A DNA stretch of 24,000 bases from Synechococcus sp. PROS-7-1 (GCF_014279795.1 NZ_CP047945.1:306572-330571); one strand, 5' to 3'; positions 1-7,566 are shown, counted from the first letter of the stretch. Notes: generated from the sequence alone by a model not told the origin. Translations and numbers: made by a program.

Positions 1-7
1 CCCGACA

Positions 8-1939
8 TTGAAACCTGAGTTGTCGCGTTCCTATTCGATTGGAGTCGCTGAGCGAGCTGTTCGCTTTCCGCCCAGGGCCCGCCGGCTGCTGCTGATCGGC
101 ATCGACGCTCTGCTGCTGCCATTGGCGGTGTGGCTCAGCTTTTGGCTGCGGCTGGCCCATCCGCTCCATCCCAGCTTTCAGTCTGCCGGGTTGTGGTTGA
201 TCCCAGCAGTGTTGCTGGTTGGCCTGCCGCTGTATGCCCTCACCGGGCAATACAAAGGCCTCACGCGCTACGTCGGTAGCCGTGCTCTTTACCGGCTTGC
301 AGGTCGCAATGGTCTGTTGGTGCTGCTGTTGGCGGGCACCGGCGTGATGTTGCGTCTGCCGATGCCGCCCCGTAGCAGTTGGATTCTGCTCTGGTTGCTG
401 CTCACCGGTTTCACCGGAGCGGTGCGGTTTGCCCTGCGTGATCTGCTCCTGTCGCTGCGGTCGGTGAGCCAAAAGCAAATGGTGCGTGTGGCCATCTACG
501 GCGCCGGTGAGGCTGGTGCCCAGCTCACCGCTGCACTGCGCCTGGCTGGTAACCATCAGATCGTGGCTTTTCTCGATGATGCGCCGAGTCTCTGGCGGCG
601 CACGATCAACGGCTTTCCGATTCAGCCGCCCCAGGTGCTGAGCGAGATCCAGGAGCAGCTCGATCAGGTGTTGCTGACGATTCCCTCGCTGCCCCGCAGT
701 GAACGTCGCCGCATCGTGGCTGAGTTGCAACGCCAGGCGATCCCGGTGTTGCAGATCCCCTCAGTCGATGACCTCACCTCCGGCCGGGCTCGCATCGATG
801 CACTCCGCCCCGTTGCCATTGAAGACCTGCTCGGCCGTGATCCCGTGCCGCCTGTGCCGGAGCTGCTCGGCCCTGGCTTGCGTGATGCGGTGGTGTGCGT
901 CACCGGCGCCGGTGGTTCGATCGGTTCGGAGCTCTGCCGCCAGATCCTGCAGCTGTTTCCGAAAACGCTGATCCTGCTCGAGAGCAGCGAACCGTCGCTC
1001 TATGCCGTGGAGCAGGAGCTGCGCCAGCAGCTGCCTGCATCAGTGACCCTGCTGCCGGTGCTCGGTAGCGCCGCCGATCCGGCGCTGGTGCAACGGCTGT
1101 TTGCCGGCCATGGCGTGCAGACCGTGTTCCATGCCGCCGCCTACAAACACGTGCCCCTGGTGGAAGCGAACCCGCTGGCGGGCCTCGCCAACAACGTGGG
1201 CTCCACCCGGGTGGTCTGCCAGGCCGCGGTGGCGACGGGCGTCAGCGAACTGGTGCTGATCTCCACCGATAAGGCCGTGCGACCCACCAATGTGATGGGG
1301 GCCAGCAAGCGTTTGGCTGAGTTGGTGCTGCAGGCGTCGGCATTGGAGCTGTCCCAGAGTGCTGAGGGCCTTGGTCAGCCCCGCACCCGACTGGCGATGG
1401 TGCGTTTCGGGAATGTTCTGGGCTCGTCGGGTTCTGTGGTCCCCCTTTTTCGAAAGCAAATTGCCGCTGGCGGACCGATCACCCTCACCCACCCGGAGAT
1501 CATTCGTTATTTCATGACGATCTCAGAGGCGGCCCAGCTTGTGCTGCAGGCTTCCACCCTCGCCCAGGGCGGTGATCTGTTCTTGCTCGATATGGGAGAA
1601 CCGGTGCGCATCAAAGACCTGGCGGAGCAGATGGTGCGCCTCGGAGGTTTGTCGCTTCGTGATGCTCAGAATCCCAGCGGCGACATCGAGATTGTTTGCA
1701 CTGGTCTGCGCCCCGGCGAGAAGCTTTATGAAGAACTTCTCATTGATGCTGAGTCTGAATCCACCCAACACCCCCTGATCTTCCGCGCCCAGGAACGGGC
1801 TCTGCCGCCAGACGTGCTCTGGCCTCGCCTCGATGCGCTCGACGCCGCGATCTCCGCCCAGGATGTGGACGGTGCCCTTGCTCTGCTGGCGGAGCTGGTT
1901 CCCGAGTGGCAGCGGGGGGATGGGACAAGACAGCCGTGA
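8..1939 (+). CDS. CapD/WbpM/PglF-like membrane-anchored NDP-sugar 4,6-dehydratase/epimerase (polysaccharide biosynthesis)
   Basis: 643-aa ORF. The N-terminal third is hydrophobic (LLLIGIDALLLPLAVWLSFWLRL...). Two Rossmann motifs follow (VAIYGAGEAG, VTGAGGSIGSEL) with SDR-type HAAAYKHVPLVE and STDKAV. The frame stays open to position 2, so the true start may be the TTG at 8 or lie upstream of the window. Confidence 0.85.
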   Translation: MKPELSRSYSIGVAERAVRFPPRARRLLLIGIDALLLPLAVWLSFWLRLAHPLHPSFQSAGLWLIPAVLLVGLPLYALTGQYKGLTRYVGSRALYRLAGRNGLLVLLLAGTGVMLRLPMPPRSSWILLWLLLTGFTGAVRFALRDLLLSLRSVSQKQMVRVAIYGAGEAGAQLTAALRLAGNHQIVAFLDDAPSLWRRTINGFPIQPPQVLSEIQEQLDQVLLTIPSLPRSERRRIVAELQRQAIPVLQIPSVDDLTSGRARIDALRPVAIEDLLGRDPVPPVPELLGPGLRDAVVCVTGAGGSIGSELCRQILQLFPKTLILLESSEPSLYAVEQELRQQLPASVTLLPVLGSAADPALVQRLFAGHGVQTVFHAAAYKHVPLVEANPLAGLANNVGSTRVVCQAAVATGVSELVLISTDKAVRPTNVMGASKRLAELVLQASALELSQSAEGLGQPRTRLAMVRFGNVLGSSGSVVPLFRKQIAAGGPITLTHPEIIRYFMTISEAAQLVLQASTLAQGGDLFLLDMGEPVRIKDLAEQMVRLGGLSLRDAQNPSGDIEIVCTGLRPGEKLYEELLIDAESESTQHPLIFRAQERALPPDVLWPRLDALDAAISAQDVDGALALLAELVPEWQRGDGTRQP

Positions 1940-2368
1940 GCCGATTTTTTGTGGGTGATTTATGCGCTTATGGGCATAAAGCGGTCTCTCATGGCGCTAC
2001 TCCTTCCCCATGGGGTTTGGGGTGATTTGCTGTCATCGCGGCCGGCGGCCTTGTGAACGCTGCTGGGGAGGGGTGGGTCCAGCAGTCGGGTTTAGCGTGG
2101 TGTCAGATGAGTGATGCTCGATGCCGCACGCGTTCTTGTCCGCCAGCGACACCTCAGTGTTGGTGCGGTGTCAGTGAGTTGGCGCGCCAGGCGTTGCGCC
2201 GCCCCGCTGGGCCGGAGGAGCCGCGATCGGAGCGGTCCGGCTTGCCCCTCCTGCCGATCAACACCTCAGGTTGTGTGGTGGATCTCAGTCTGGTGAATCA
2301 GCTGCGTGATGACGAGAGCTGAAGCCATGCCCATCGCTTTGCTCAGCAGGCAAAGTTGACAACATGCG

Positions 2369-2803
2369 TCAGGCCAGAAGGAGTCGTTCGAGGCCGGCGA
2401 AGCGCTCGAAGTCGCGATCAAAGCTCACAAGCCGCCAGCCATTGCTGATGGCCAGCGCTGCCAGGTAGGTGTCGGTGCACAGGCGGGCCGGGTGGTTGCC
2501 CTCTGTCATTAGCTCGTGGAAGACATCCCAGCCATCACTCGTTGGTGTCGCCATGCCCACCCCCTCGAGTTGGCAAAACGCTCGCAGAAGCTCAGAGGCA
2601 TCCCGGGCGCTTTTCACCGCGGCGCCCATCACCTTCGCTTGGCTTGCCAGGCGCACCAAGCCCAGGGCCGTCACCGTGCAGAACAGCACCTGTTCAGCGG
2701 CTTCGCTCTCCCAGTAGGCCACCGCATGATCGTGGTGCTTGTGATCGGCTGTCGCTAATGCCAGCCACACGTTCAGGTCGGGTAGGTCTACGCGGCCGCT
2801 CAT
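2369..2803 (-). CDS. vapC: PIN-domain ribonuclease toxin VapC
   Basis: 144-aa ORF with a PIN-like layout: N-terminal acidic DLPDLNVWLAL, central E (ELMTEGN), and C-terminal DTYLAALA and FDRDF. Its ATG overlaps the stop of the upstream antitoxin ORF by 4 nt (ATGA at 2800-2803). Confidence 0.85.
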   Translation of the reverse strand: MSGRVDLPDLNVWLALATADHKHHDHAVAYWESEAAEQVLFCTVTALGLVRLASQAKVMGAAVKSARDASELLRAFCQLEGVGMATPTSDGWDVFHELMTEGNHPARLCTDTYLAALAISNGWRLVSFDRDFERFAGLERLLLA

Positions 2804-3039
2804 GGCTCAAGCAGTTCAAACAGGGCCGCATTGCTCATGCGGCTGGAGTCAATTGCAAGGTGACCCTCAAGTCTTGGCAGCTGACGAGCTGAGCGTTGCG
2901 CTGCGGTCGATGGCGTCGGGGCTTCAAGCCCTTTTTCCACGTAGTGCTGCAAAAGCTGCTTCAGGGTCAGCTGTTCCCTGGCAGCCCTCGCTTTGAGTCG
3001 CGCGAACAGTGGGTCTGGTAGTTCGAGCGTTGTTCGCAT
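2800..3039 (-). CDS. vapB: VapB-type antitoxin (MRTTL... N-terminal DNA-binding region)
   Basis: I trimmed the ORF to the ATG at 3039, giving MRTTLELPDPLFARLKARAAREQLTLKQLL, a typical VapB N-terminus. It is translationally coupled to vapC. The upstream Met codons in the 92-aa track ORF come from the ATGCGCAT palindromes. Confidence 0.75.
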   Translation of the reverse strand: MRTTLELPDPLFARLKARAAREQLTLKQLLQHYVEKGLEAPTPSTAAQRSARQLPRLEGHLAIDSSRMSNAALFELLEP

Positions 3040-3085
3040 GGAGCAGCTTATTTGTATGCGCATTTTAATGCGCATCAACGCGATC
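3040..3085 (-). promoter_or_regulatory. Putative vapBC promoter/operator: two perfect 8-bp palindromes ATGCGCAT (3056-3063 and 3068-3075)
   Basis: The minus strand reads GCGTTGATGCGCATTAAAATGCGCATACAAATAAGCTGCTCCATG. This gives a -35-like TTGATG, a 16-nt spacer and a -10-like TACAAA. The palindromes overlap both boxes and end about 17 nt before the vapB ATG. Confidence 0.4.
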
Positions 3086-3149
3086 TATCCATGGCGTGAT
3101 GGCGAGGCTTGATTGATCCTGAGGGTTGAGCGGACGCTCCATCAGCCCC

Positions 3150-4049
3150 ATGGCTCCCACCTTGTATCTGCACTGGACGGCCACCGGTTACGACTGGATC
3201 CGGCCCGGGCACTACCACTCGATCATCGGCGGCGACGGCCGGGTACATCGGCTTCATGCCTACAGCGTGGATCTGCCCGCCCACACCTACGGCCGCAACC
3301 GCAACAGCGTCGCTCTCTCCTGCGCGTGCATGGGCGGCATCCCCGACCCCTGGACCCTGCCGCCCACTCCCGCTCAGCTCACCAGCCTCTGCACCGAAGC
3401 CGCCGCGATCGCCCGCAGCTGGGGCTGGCAGGAGGGAGACATCAGCCTGCAATCGGTGATGACCCACGCGGAAGCCGCCTCCAATCGCGATGGCCGCGTG
3501 ATGCACGACAACTACGGGCCCATGATCTGGGGCGGCAGCGGCGAGCGCTGGGATCTGCTGCAGCTCGAGAAGAATGGCCCCAGCGACGGTGGCGAGCAGC
3601 TGCGCCAGCGCATCCGCGCCCTGCTGTGCGGTGATCCCTCACCCACGCCTGCCGCGCCCTTGCTCTTCAAGGGCGAGACCGTGATCCAGGCCCGTGGCGC
3701 CGATCTGGCGGTGCAGATCGACGCGCTGGGCCGCTCCTGGGCACTCGCCGCGGATTTGCTCAACCGCTACGAGATTCCCTACGTCTGGGATGCCAGCCTG
3801 CGCCGCATCCTGATCGGGGCCCTCGATGTGGCTCCCACCTACCGTGACGATGCCGTGCAGGCGTCGGTGGGATGGCCGTTGGTGGAACTCACCCTGCAGA
3901 CCGGCAACGCCCCGGTGATCCTCACCGGCATCCTCCGCCCAGGCCCCAGCGGTGACCGCGCCTGGTGCCGGGTGGTGGAGTTCGCTGAGGAGTTTGGGAT
4001 CTCCGTGAGCTACGAGCCTTTGGTGCTGGCTGAGCGCCGGGGAGGCTAG
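3150..4049 (+). CDS. Amidase_2 (T7 lysozyme/AmpD/PGRP-like N-acetylmuramoyl-L-alanine amidase) domain protein with an unassigned C-terminal domain
   Basis: Motifs follow T7 lysozyme in order: LYLHWTAT (cf. IFVHCSAT), GHYHSIIGGDGRV (cf. GYHFIIKRDGTV), AHTYGRNRNSVALSCACMGG (cf. SHAKGYNHNSIGVCLVGG), PTPAQLTSL (cf. FTPAQMQSL), and THAE with an Asp 8 residues later. No signal peptide is visible. The C-terminal ~135 aa (nt ~3636-4046) is unrecognised. An alternative TTG start lies at 3126. Confidence 0.7.
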   Translation: MAPTLYLHWTATGYDWIRPGHYHSIIGGDGRVHRLHAYSVDLPAHTYGRNRNSVALSCACMGGIPDPWTLPPTPAQLTSLCTEAAAIARSWGWQEGDISLQSVMTHAEAASNRDGRVMHDNYGPMIWGGSGERWDLLQLEKNGPSDGGEQLRQRIRALLCGDPSPTPAAPLLFKGETVIQARGADLAVQIDALGRSWALAADLLNRYEIPYVWDASLRRILIGALDVAPTYRDDAVQASVGWPLVELTLQTGNAPVILTGILRPGPSGDRAWCRVVEFAEEFGISVSYEPLVLAERRGG

Positions 4050-4069
4050 TGCCGATTCAGAATGGCCTT

Positions 4070-4477
4070 ATGAATCGTTCGGCGGATTGGTTGCATCAGG
4101 CCCAGGCGGATCTAGCCCAGGCCAGCCTCAGCGCAGGGGCGGGCCACCACGAATGGGCCTGCTTTGCCTCCCATCAGGCTGTTGAAAAGGCCTTGAAAGC
4201 TTTGCATCTTCAGCAGGGGCAGCAGAGCTGGGGCCACGGCTTGGGGCGGTCTTACCGGGAGCTGCCTGAGGCGGTTGTTGAGCAACTGGCCGCAGCGGTG
4301 ACGGATCTGGAAGACCGCTTGCGGGTGCTGGATGCTCTATACATCCCCACGCGTTACCCCGATAGCCTGCCGGAAGGTGCCCCCACCGACCACTTCGGCC
4401 GCCTGCAAAGTTCAGACGCCATTAGCCATGCCCGTGCGCTCGTTGAAGCAATCCGTCTGGCGCTGGCCAGCTCCTGA
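4070..4477 (+). CDS. HEPN domain protein (HEPN/MNT pair)
   Basis: MNRSADWLHQAQADLAQA...ASHQAVEKALKALHL...LDALYIPTRYPD matches the classical HEPN-domain pattern. An alternative GTG start at 4049 overlaps the amidase stop (TAGTG). Confidence 0.8.
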   Translation: MNRSADWLHQAQADLAQASLSAGAGHHEWACFASHQAVEKALKALHLQQGQQSWGHGLGRSYRELPEAVVEQLAAAVTDLEDRLRVLDALYIPTRYPDSLPEGAPTDHFGRLQSSDAISHARALVEAIRLALASS

Positions 4478-4784
4478 GCAGGTCCTCGACGACGTGCAGG
4501 TCTGGGCACAGCAGCAGCAACGGCGGGTTCCAAGCCTGCAGCGCCTGGGTGTGTTTGGCAGTTACGGGCGTGGCACGGCCGCCTTTGGCAGCGACCTTGA
4601 TCTGATCCTGGTCGATGCCCAGGCCAAAGGCGGTCAGATTGAGCGCCTGCAGCAGTGGCCGCTCGCCGACCTTCCCCTCAGTTGTGATGCCCTGGTGCTC
4701 ACCCCTTCTGAACTGGAGCAACGCTTGAACGACGGTTCCCGCATGGCCATAGAGCTCAAGCGCGACCTGCGTTGGCTGCTCTGA
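4428..4784 (+). CDS. Minimal nucleotidyltransferase (MNT, Pol-beta superfamily), partner of the HEPN protein
   Basis: Contains the G-S...D-x-D motif LGVFGSYGRGTAAFGSDLDLILV. The ATG at 4428 overlaps the HEPN 3' end by 50 nt. An alternative GTG at 4494 lies 17 nt after the HEPN stop. Confidence 0.8.
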   Translation: MPVRSLKQSVWRWPAPEQVLDDVQVWAQQQQRRVPSLQRLGVFGSYGRGTAAFGSDLDLILVDAQAKGGQIERLQQWPLADLPLSCDALVLTPSELEQRLNDGSRMAIELKRDLRWLL

Positions 4785-4797
4785 CGCTGCGCCGGCC

Positions 4798-5547
4798 ATG
4801 GCCTACATCCTCAGCAAGCTTCTCCCCCTAGCACTGCTCCCCCTCGGCCTCAGTCTGATCCTGCTGCTGGTGGGTCTGCTCGGCCGTTGGCGCTGGCCCG
4901 TGATCACCGCCCTGCTGTTGCTGTGGGTGTTTTCTCTGGGGTTGGTGAGCCAGGGCCTCTGGCGTTGGCTGGAAGCCCCCTGGACCCGTCAGCCTGCTGC
5001 TGCGGCCCCCAGCGCCGATGCGATCGTGGTGCTCAGCGGCGGCCGCCATCCCGCCCCGGGCCCGGCCCGGGTGAGCGAGTGGCACGATCCCGATCGCTTC
5101 CTGGCCGGTCTCGATCTCTTCCGCGCCGGCAAGGCGCCGCGGTTGCTGTTCACCGGTGGGTCCAGTCCCTTCCGCCCCGGTCAGCCCCCGGAAGGTGAGC
5201 GCTACCTCCGCGAAGCCCAGCAGTTGGGCATTCCCTCTGCTGCCATGGCCAGCACGCCGCCGGTGGTCAACACCGCCGAGGAGGCGGCCGCCATTGCTCA
5301 GTTGCTGCCCGCGCGCGCGCCGATCCTCCTGGTCACCAGCGCCTTTCACATGCGCCGCGCCCAGCGCCTCTTCGAGCGCCGGGGCCTCGTGGTGCAGCCG
5401 TTTCCGGTGGATTTTCAGGCCCGCGGCGCCTGGGCGGGCCCCCTTTGGCGCGATCCCACCCAGTGGTTCCCAAGCGCCCGTTCCCTCGATGACAGCTCCC
5501 GGGCCTTGCGTGAACTGTTGGGCCGGATCGTCTACCGCGTGTGGTGA
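4798..5547 (+). CDS. DUF218 (YdcF/ElyC/SanA-like) membrane protein
   Basis: N-terminal TM helices, then DAIVVLSGG...LLFTGG...NTAEEA...LLVTSAFHMRRA, the DUF218 signature. It starts 13 nt after the MNT stop. Confidence 0.8.
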   Translation: MAYILSKLLPLALLPLGLSLILLLVGLLGRWRWPVITALLLLWVFSLGLVSQGLWRWLEAPWTRQPAAAAPSADAIVVLSGGRHPAPGPARVSEWHDPDRFLAGLDLFRAGKAPRLLFTGGSSPFRPGQPPEGERYLREAQQLGIPSAAMASTPPVVNTAEEAAAIAQLLPARAPILLVTSAFHMRRAQRLFERRGLVVQPFPVDFQARGAWAGPLWRDPTQWFPSARSLDDSSRALRELLGRIVYRVW

Positions 5548-5762
5548 ACGCAATCGCGGGCCCACAGCACCTGGCCCGCGCGTTCGATGTGGTCGAGAAG
5601 GTCTTGGTGATCGATCAAATGGCGCAGCTGCAGATCAATTCGCCATGGCAACAGCAAATCATCGAGCGCTGACGCCCGAGCGCCCTGGACCCATACAGCA
5701 CCACACGGTTCACGCTTGGATGCGCTCGGATCAGCTTGAGAAGCTGTTGGCCTGCAGCGCAT
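5532..5762 (-). pseudogene. Disrupted HI0073-like nucleotidyltransferase (internal deletion plus frameshift; DxD segment missing)
   Basis: By hand translation, one frame (~5757-5668) gives [29 protein letters not shown], the N-terminal half with the GS motif. Another frame (5666-5532) gives LDDLLLPWRIDLQLRHLIDHQDLLDHIERAGQVLW, the C-terminal half. The two halves abut at ~5667-5670, and the ~25-aa xxSDxDLxx block seen in HI0073-type proteins is absent. Confidence 0.6.
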
Positions 5763-6135
5763 CGATGGACTGGCTCACAATCAGGTCGGCAATCTCTCTG
5801 GCGATCGCTGGGTTGTAGCTGTGGCTGGTGAGATTGCGGCTGCGGATCATGGCCATCCAGGTGGTTTCCGTTCCCGCCGGCAGCAGCTCACGCACAACCG
5901 CTTCACGCACGGCGTCCCTGGAGCCGCTGATGCCACTCACGCCTTGATTCACCAAAAAGTCTTTGAGCAACAACCAGCTCAATTCATGGGTGAATTCAAA
6001 CGCCTGGATCAACCCCTGTTGTTCCAGCTCGCTCAAGGCTCGAGTCTGAGCAAGCTGAATGGCGCGTTCGAGTGTGCCGAGCGCTCGTCCGTAATTCTCG
6101 AGGCGCTGCAGCCAACGCACATCCGACTCGGCCAT
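5731..6135 (-). CDS. HI0074-family nucleotidyltransferase substrate-binding protein (HEPN-like)
   Basis: 134-aa ORF with the family pattern: [30 protein letters not shown], and [16 protein letters not shown], which contains an intact R-x4-H motif. Confidence 0.85.
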   Translation of the reverse strand: MAESDVRWLQRLENYGRALGTLERAIQLAQTRALSELEQQGLIQAFEFTHELSWLLLKDFLVNQGVSGISGSRDAVREAVVRELLPAGTETTWMAMIRSRNLTSHSYNPAIAREIADLIVSQSIDALQANSFSS

Positions 6136-6221
6136 TCAGCAAGCGTGTTCAACTTCAAGCGAGGCGCCTTGCCGTTCAGAGGCACGGCAAGACGGCAGAC
6201 TTCCAGGCAGCGAACGAGGGG

Positions 6222-7532
6222 ATGGGCGTGAGTCAGCTGCAGAGCCTGCGCGGCATGGTCGACCTGCTGCCGGAGCAGACCCGCCGCTGGCAGGCGGTGG
6301 AGGCTGTGGCCCGCGATCACTTCCGCCGGGCTGGGGTCGAGGAGATCCGCACGCCCCTGCTGGAGGTCACCGACTTGTTCGCCCGCGGCATCGGTGAGGG
6401 CACCGATGTGGTGGGCAAGGAGATGTATTCCTTCCTCGATCGCGGTGAGCGCTCCTGCACCCTGCGGCCGGAAGGCACGGCTTCGGTGGTGCGGGCAGCC
6501 GTGCAGCACGGTCTGCTCAGCCAGGGTGCCCAGAAGCTCTGGTACGCCGGGCCGATGTTCCGCTACGAGCGCCCCCAGGCCGGCCGCCAGCGCCAGTTCC
6601 ATCAGATCGGTGTGGAGTGCCTGGGGGTGAGCAGTGCCCGCAGCGACGTGGAAGCGATCGCTCTCGCCTGGGATCTGCTTGCTGCCCTGGGCGTGCAAGG
6701 CCTGGAGCTGGAGATCAACAGTCTTGGCACCCCTGAGGATCGTCAGCATTACCGCGCCCAACTGGTGGCCTGGCTGCAGGAGCGCGTTGATCAGCTCGAT
6801 TCGGATTCCCAGGAGCGCCTCAGCACCAACCCCTTGCGCATCCTCGACAGCAAAAACAAGGCCACCCAGGCTCTGTTGGCGGACGCCCCCACCTTGTTGG
6901 AGGCGTTGAGCCCCGAAAGTGCCCAGCGCTTCGAGCAGGTGCAGGCCCTGCTGGGTCAGCTGGCGATTCCCTTTCGCGTGAACACCCGGCTGGTGCGGGG
7001 CCTTGATTACTACGGCCACACCGCCTTTGAAATCACCAGCGATCAGCTCGGTGCCCAGGCCACCGTCTGTGGCGGGGGCCGTTACGACGGCCTGGTGGAA
7101 CAACTTGGTGGTGCTGCCACGCCGGCGATCGGCTGGGCCCTGGGCATGGAGCGCTTGCTGCTGGTGCTCGAAGCTGCTGCCAACGCCAATCCTGATGGCC
7201 CCGCCGCGCAGCTCACCGCCCCCACACCACCCACGGTTTATTTGGTGAACCGCGGTGAGGCGGCCGAAGCGGCGGCCCTTGGTTTAGCTCGTAACTTGCG
7301 CCAGGCCGGTATCGCCGTGGAGCTCGACGGCTCCGGTGCCGCCTTCGGCAAGCAGTTCAAACGCGCTGATCGTTGCGGAGCTCCTTGGGCCCTGGTGGTC
7401 GGTGATGGCGAAGCCGAGCAGGGCCAGGTGCGCTTGAAGGCTCTTCGCGGTGACGCCCACGAGCAGACCCTGGCCTGGGCCGACCCCCGCACCGATCTGC
7501 CGCTGCTGCTCAACGCTCTTCAGCAGCGGTAA
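6222..7532 (+). CDS. hisS: Histidine--tRNA ligase
   Basis: [17 protein letters not shown]..., [28 protein letters not shown] and CGGGRYDGL, followed by an anticodon-binding C-terminus. I trimmed the start to the ATG at 6222; the track ORF begins at 6072. Confidence 0.95.
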   Translation: MGVSQLQSLRGMVDLLPEQTRRWQAVEAVARDHFRRAGVEEIRTPLLEVTDLFARGIGEGTDVVGKEMYSFLDRGERSCTLRPEGTASVVRAAVQHGLLSQGAQKLWYAGPMFRYERPQAGRQRQFHQIGVECLGVSSARSDVEAIALAWDLLAALGVQGLELEINSLGTPEDRQHYRAQLVAWLQERVDQLDSDSQERLSTNPLRILDSKNKATQALLADAPTLLEALSPESAQRFEQVQALLGQLAIPFRVNTRLVRGLDYYGHTAFEITSDQLGAQATVCGGGRYDGLVEQLGGAATPAIGWALGMERLLLVLEAAANANPDGPAAQLTAPTPPTVYLVNRGEAAEAAALGLARNLRQAGIAVELDGSGAAFGKQFKRADRCGAPWALVVGDGEAEQGQVRLKALRGDAHEQTLAWADPRTDLPLLLNALQQR

Positions 7533-7566
7533 CCTTCCCCAACACGATTGAGGGGCAAGATCCTTG

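Noticed and set aside
2053-2322. 89-aa and 61-aa plus-strand ORFs in the CapD-vapC gap
   Set aside because: Their composition is Cys/Arg/Trp/Pro-heavy, they have no recognisable motif, and one relies on a GTG start. I treat the area as noncoding or decayed; see the finding on 1940-2368.
3040-3078. N-terminal extension of the vapB ORF (MMRIKMRIQISCS...)
   Set aside because: The extra Met codons are the ATG parts of the ATGCGCAT palindromes. The canonical VapB N-terminus MRTTL begins at 3039.
6072-6221. 50-aa N-terminal extension of the hisS ORF
   Set aside because: It would overlap the divergent HI0074-like gene and does not resemble any HisRS N-terminus. [14 protein letters not shown] at 6222 is the typical start.
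6033-7103. 356-aa ORF antisense to hisS. Similar long antisense or off-frame ORFs occur at 4828-5565, 8125-8694, 11079-12596, 13392-14141, 17160-17909 and 21121-22407.
   Set aside because: Each lies opposite a gene with unmistakable family motifs. Their translations are Arg/Gly/Ala/His-rich and motif-free, as expected when stop codons are rare in GC-rich antisense frames.
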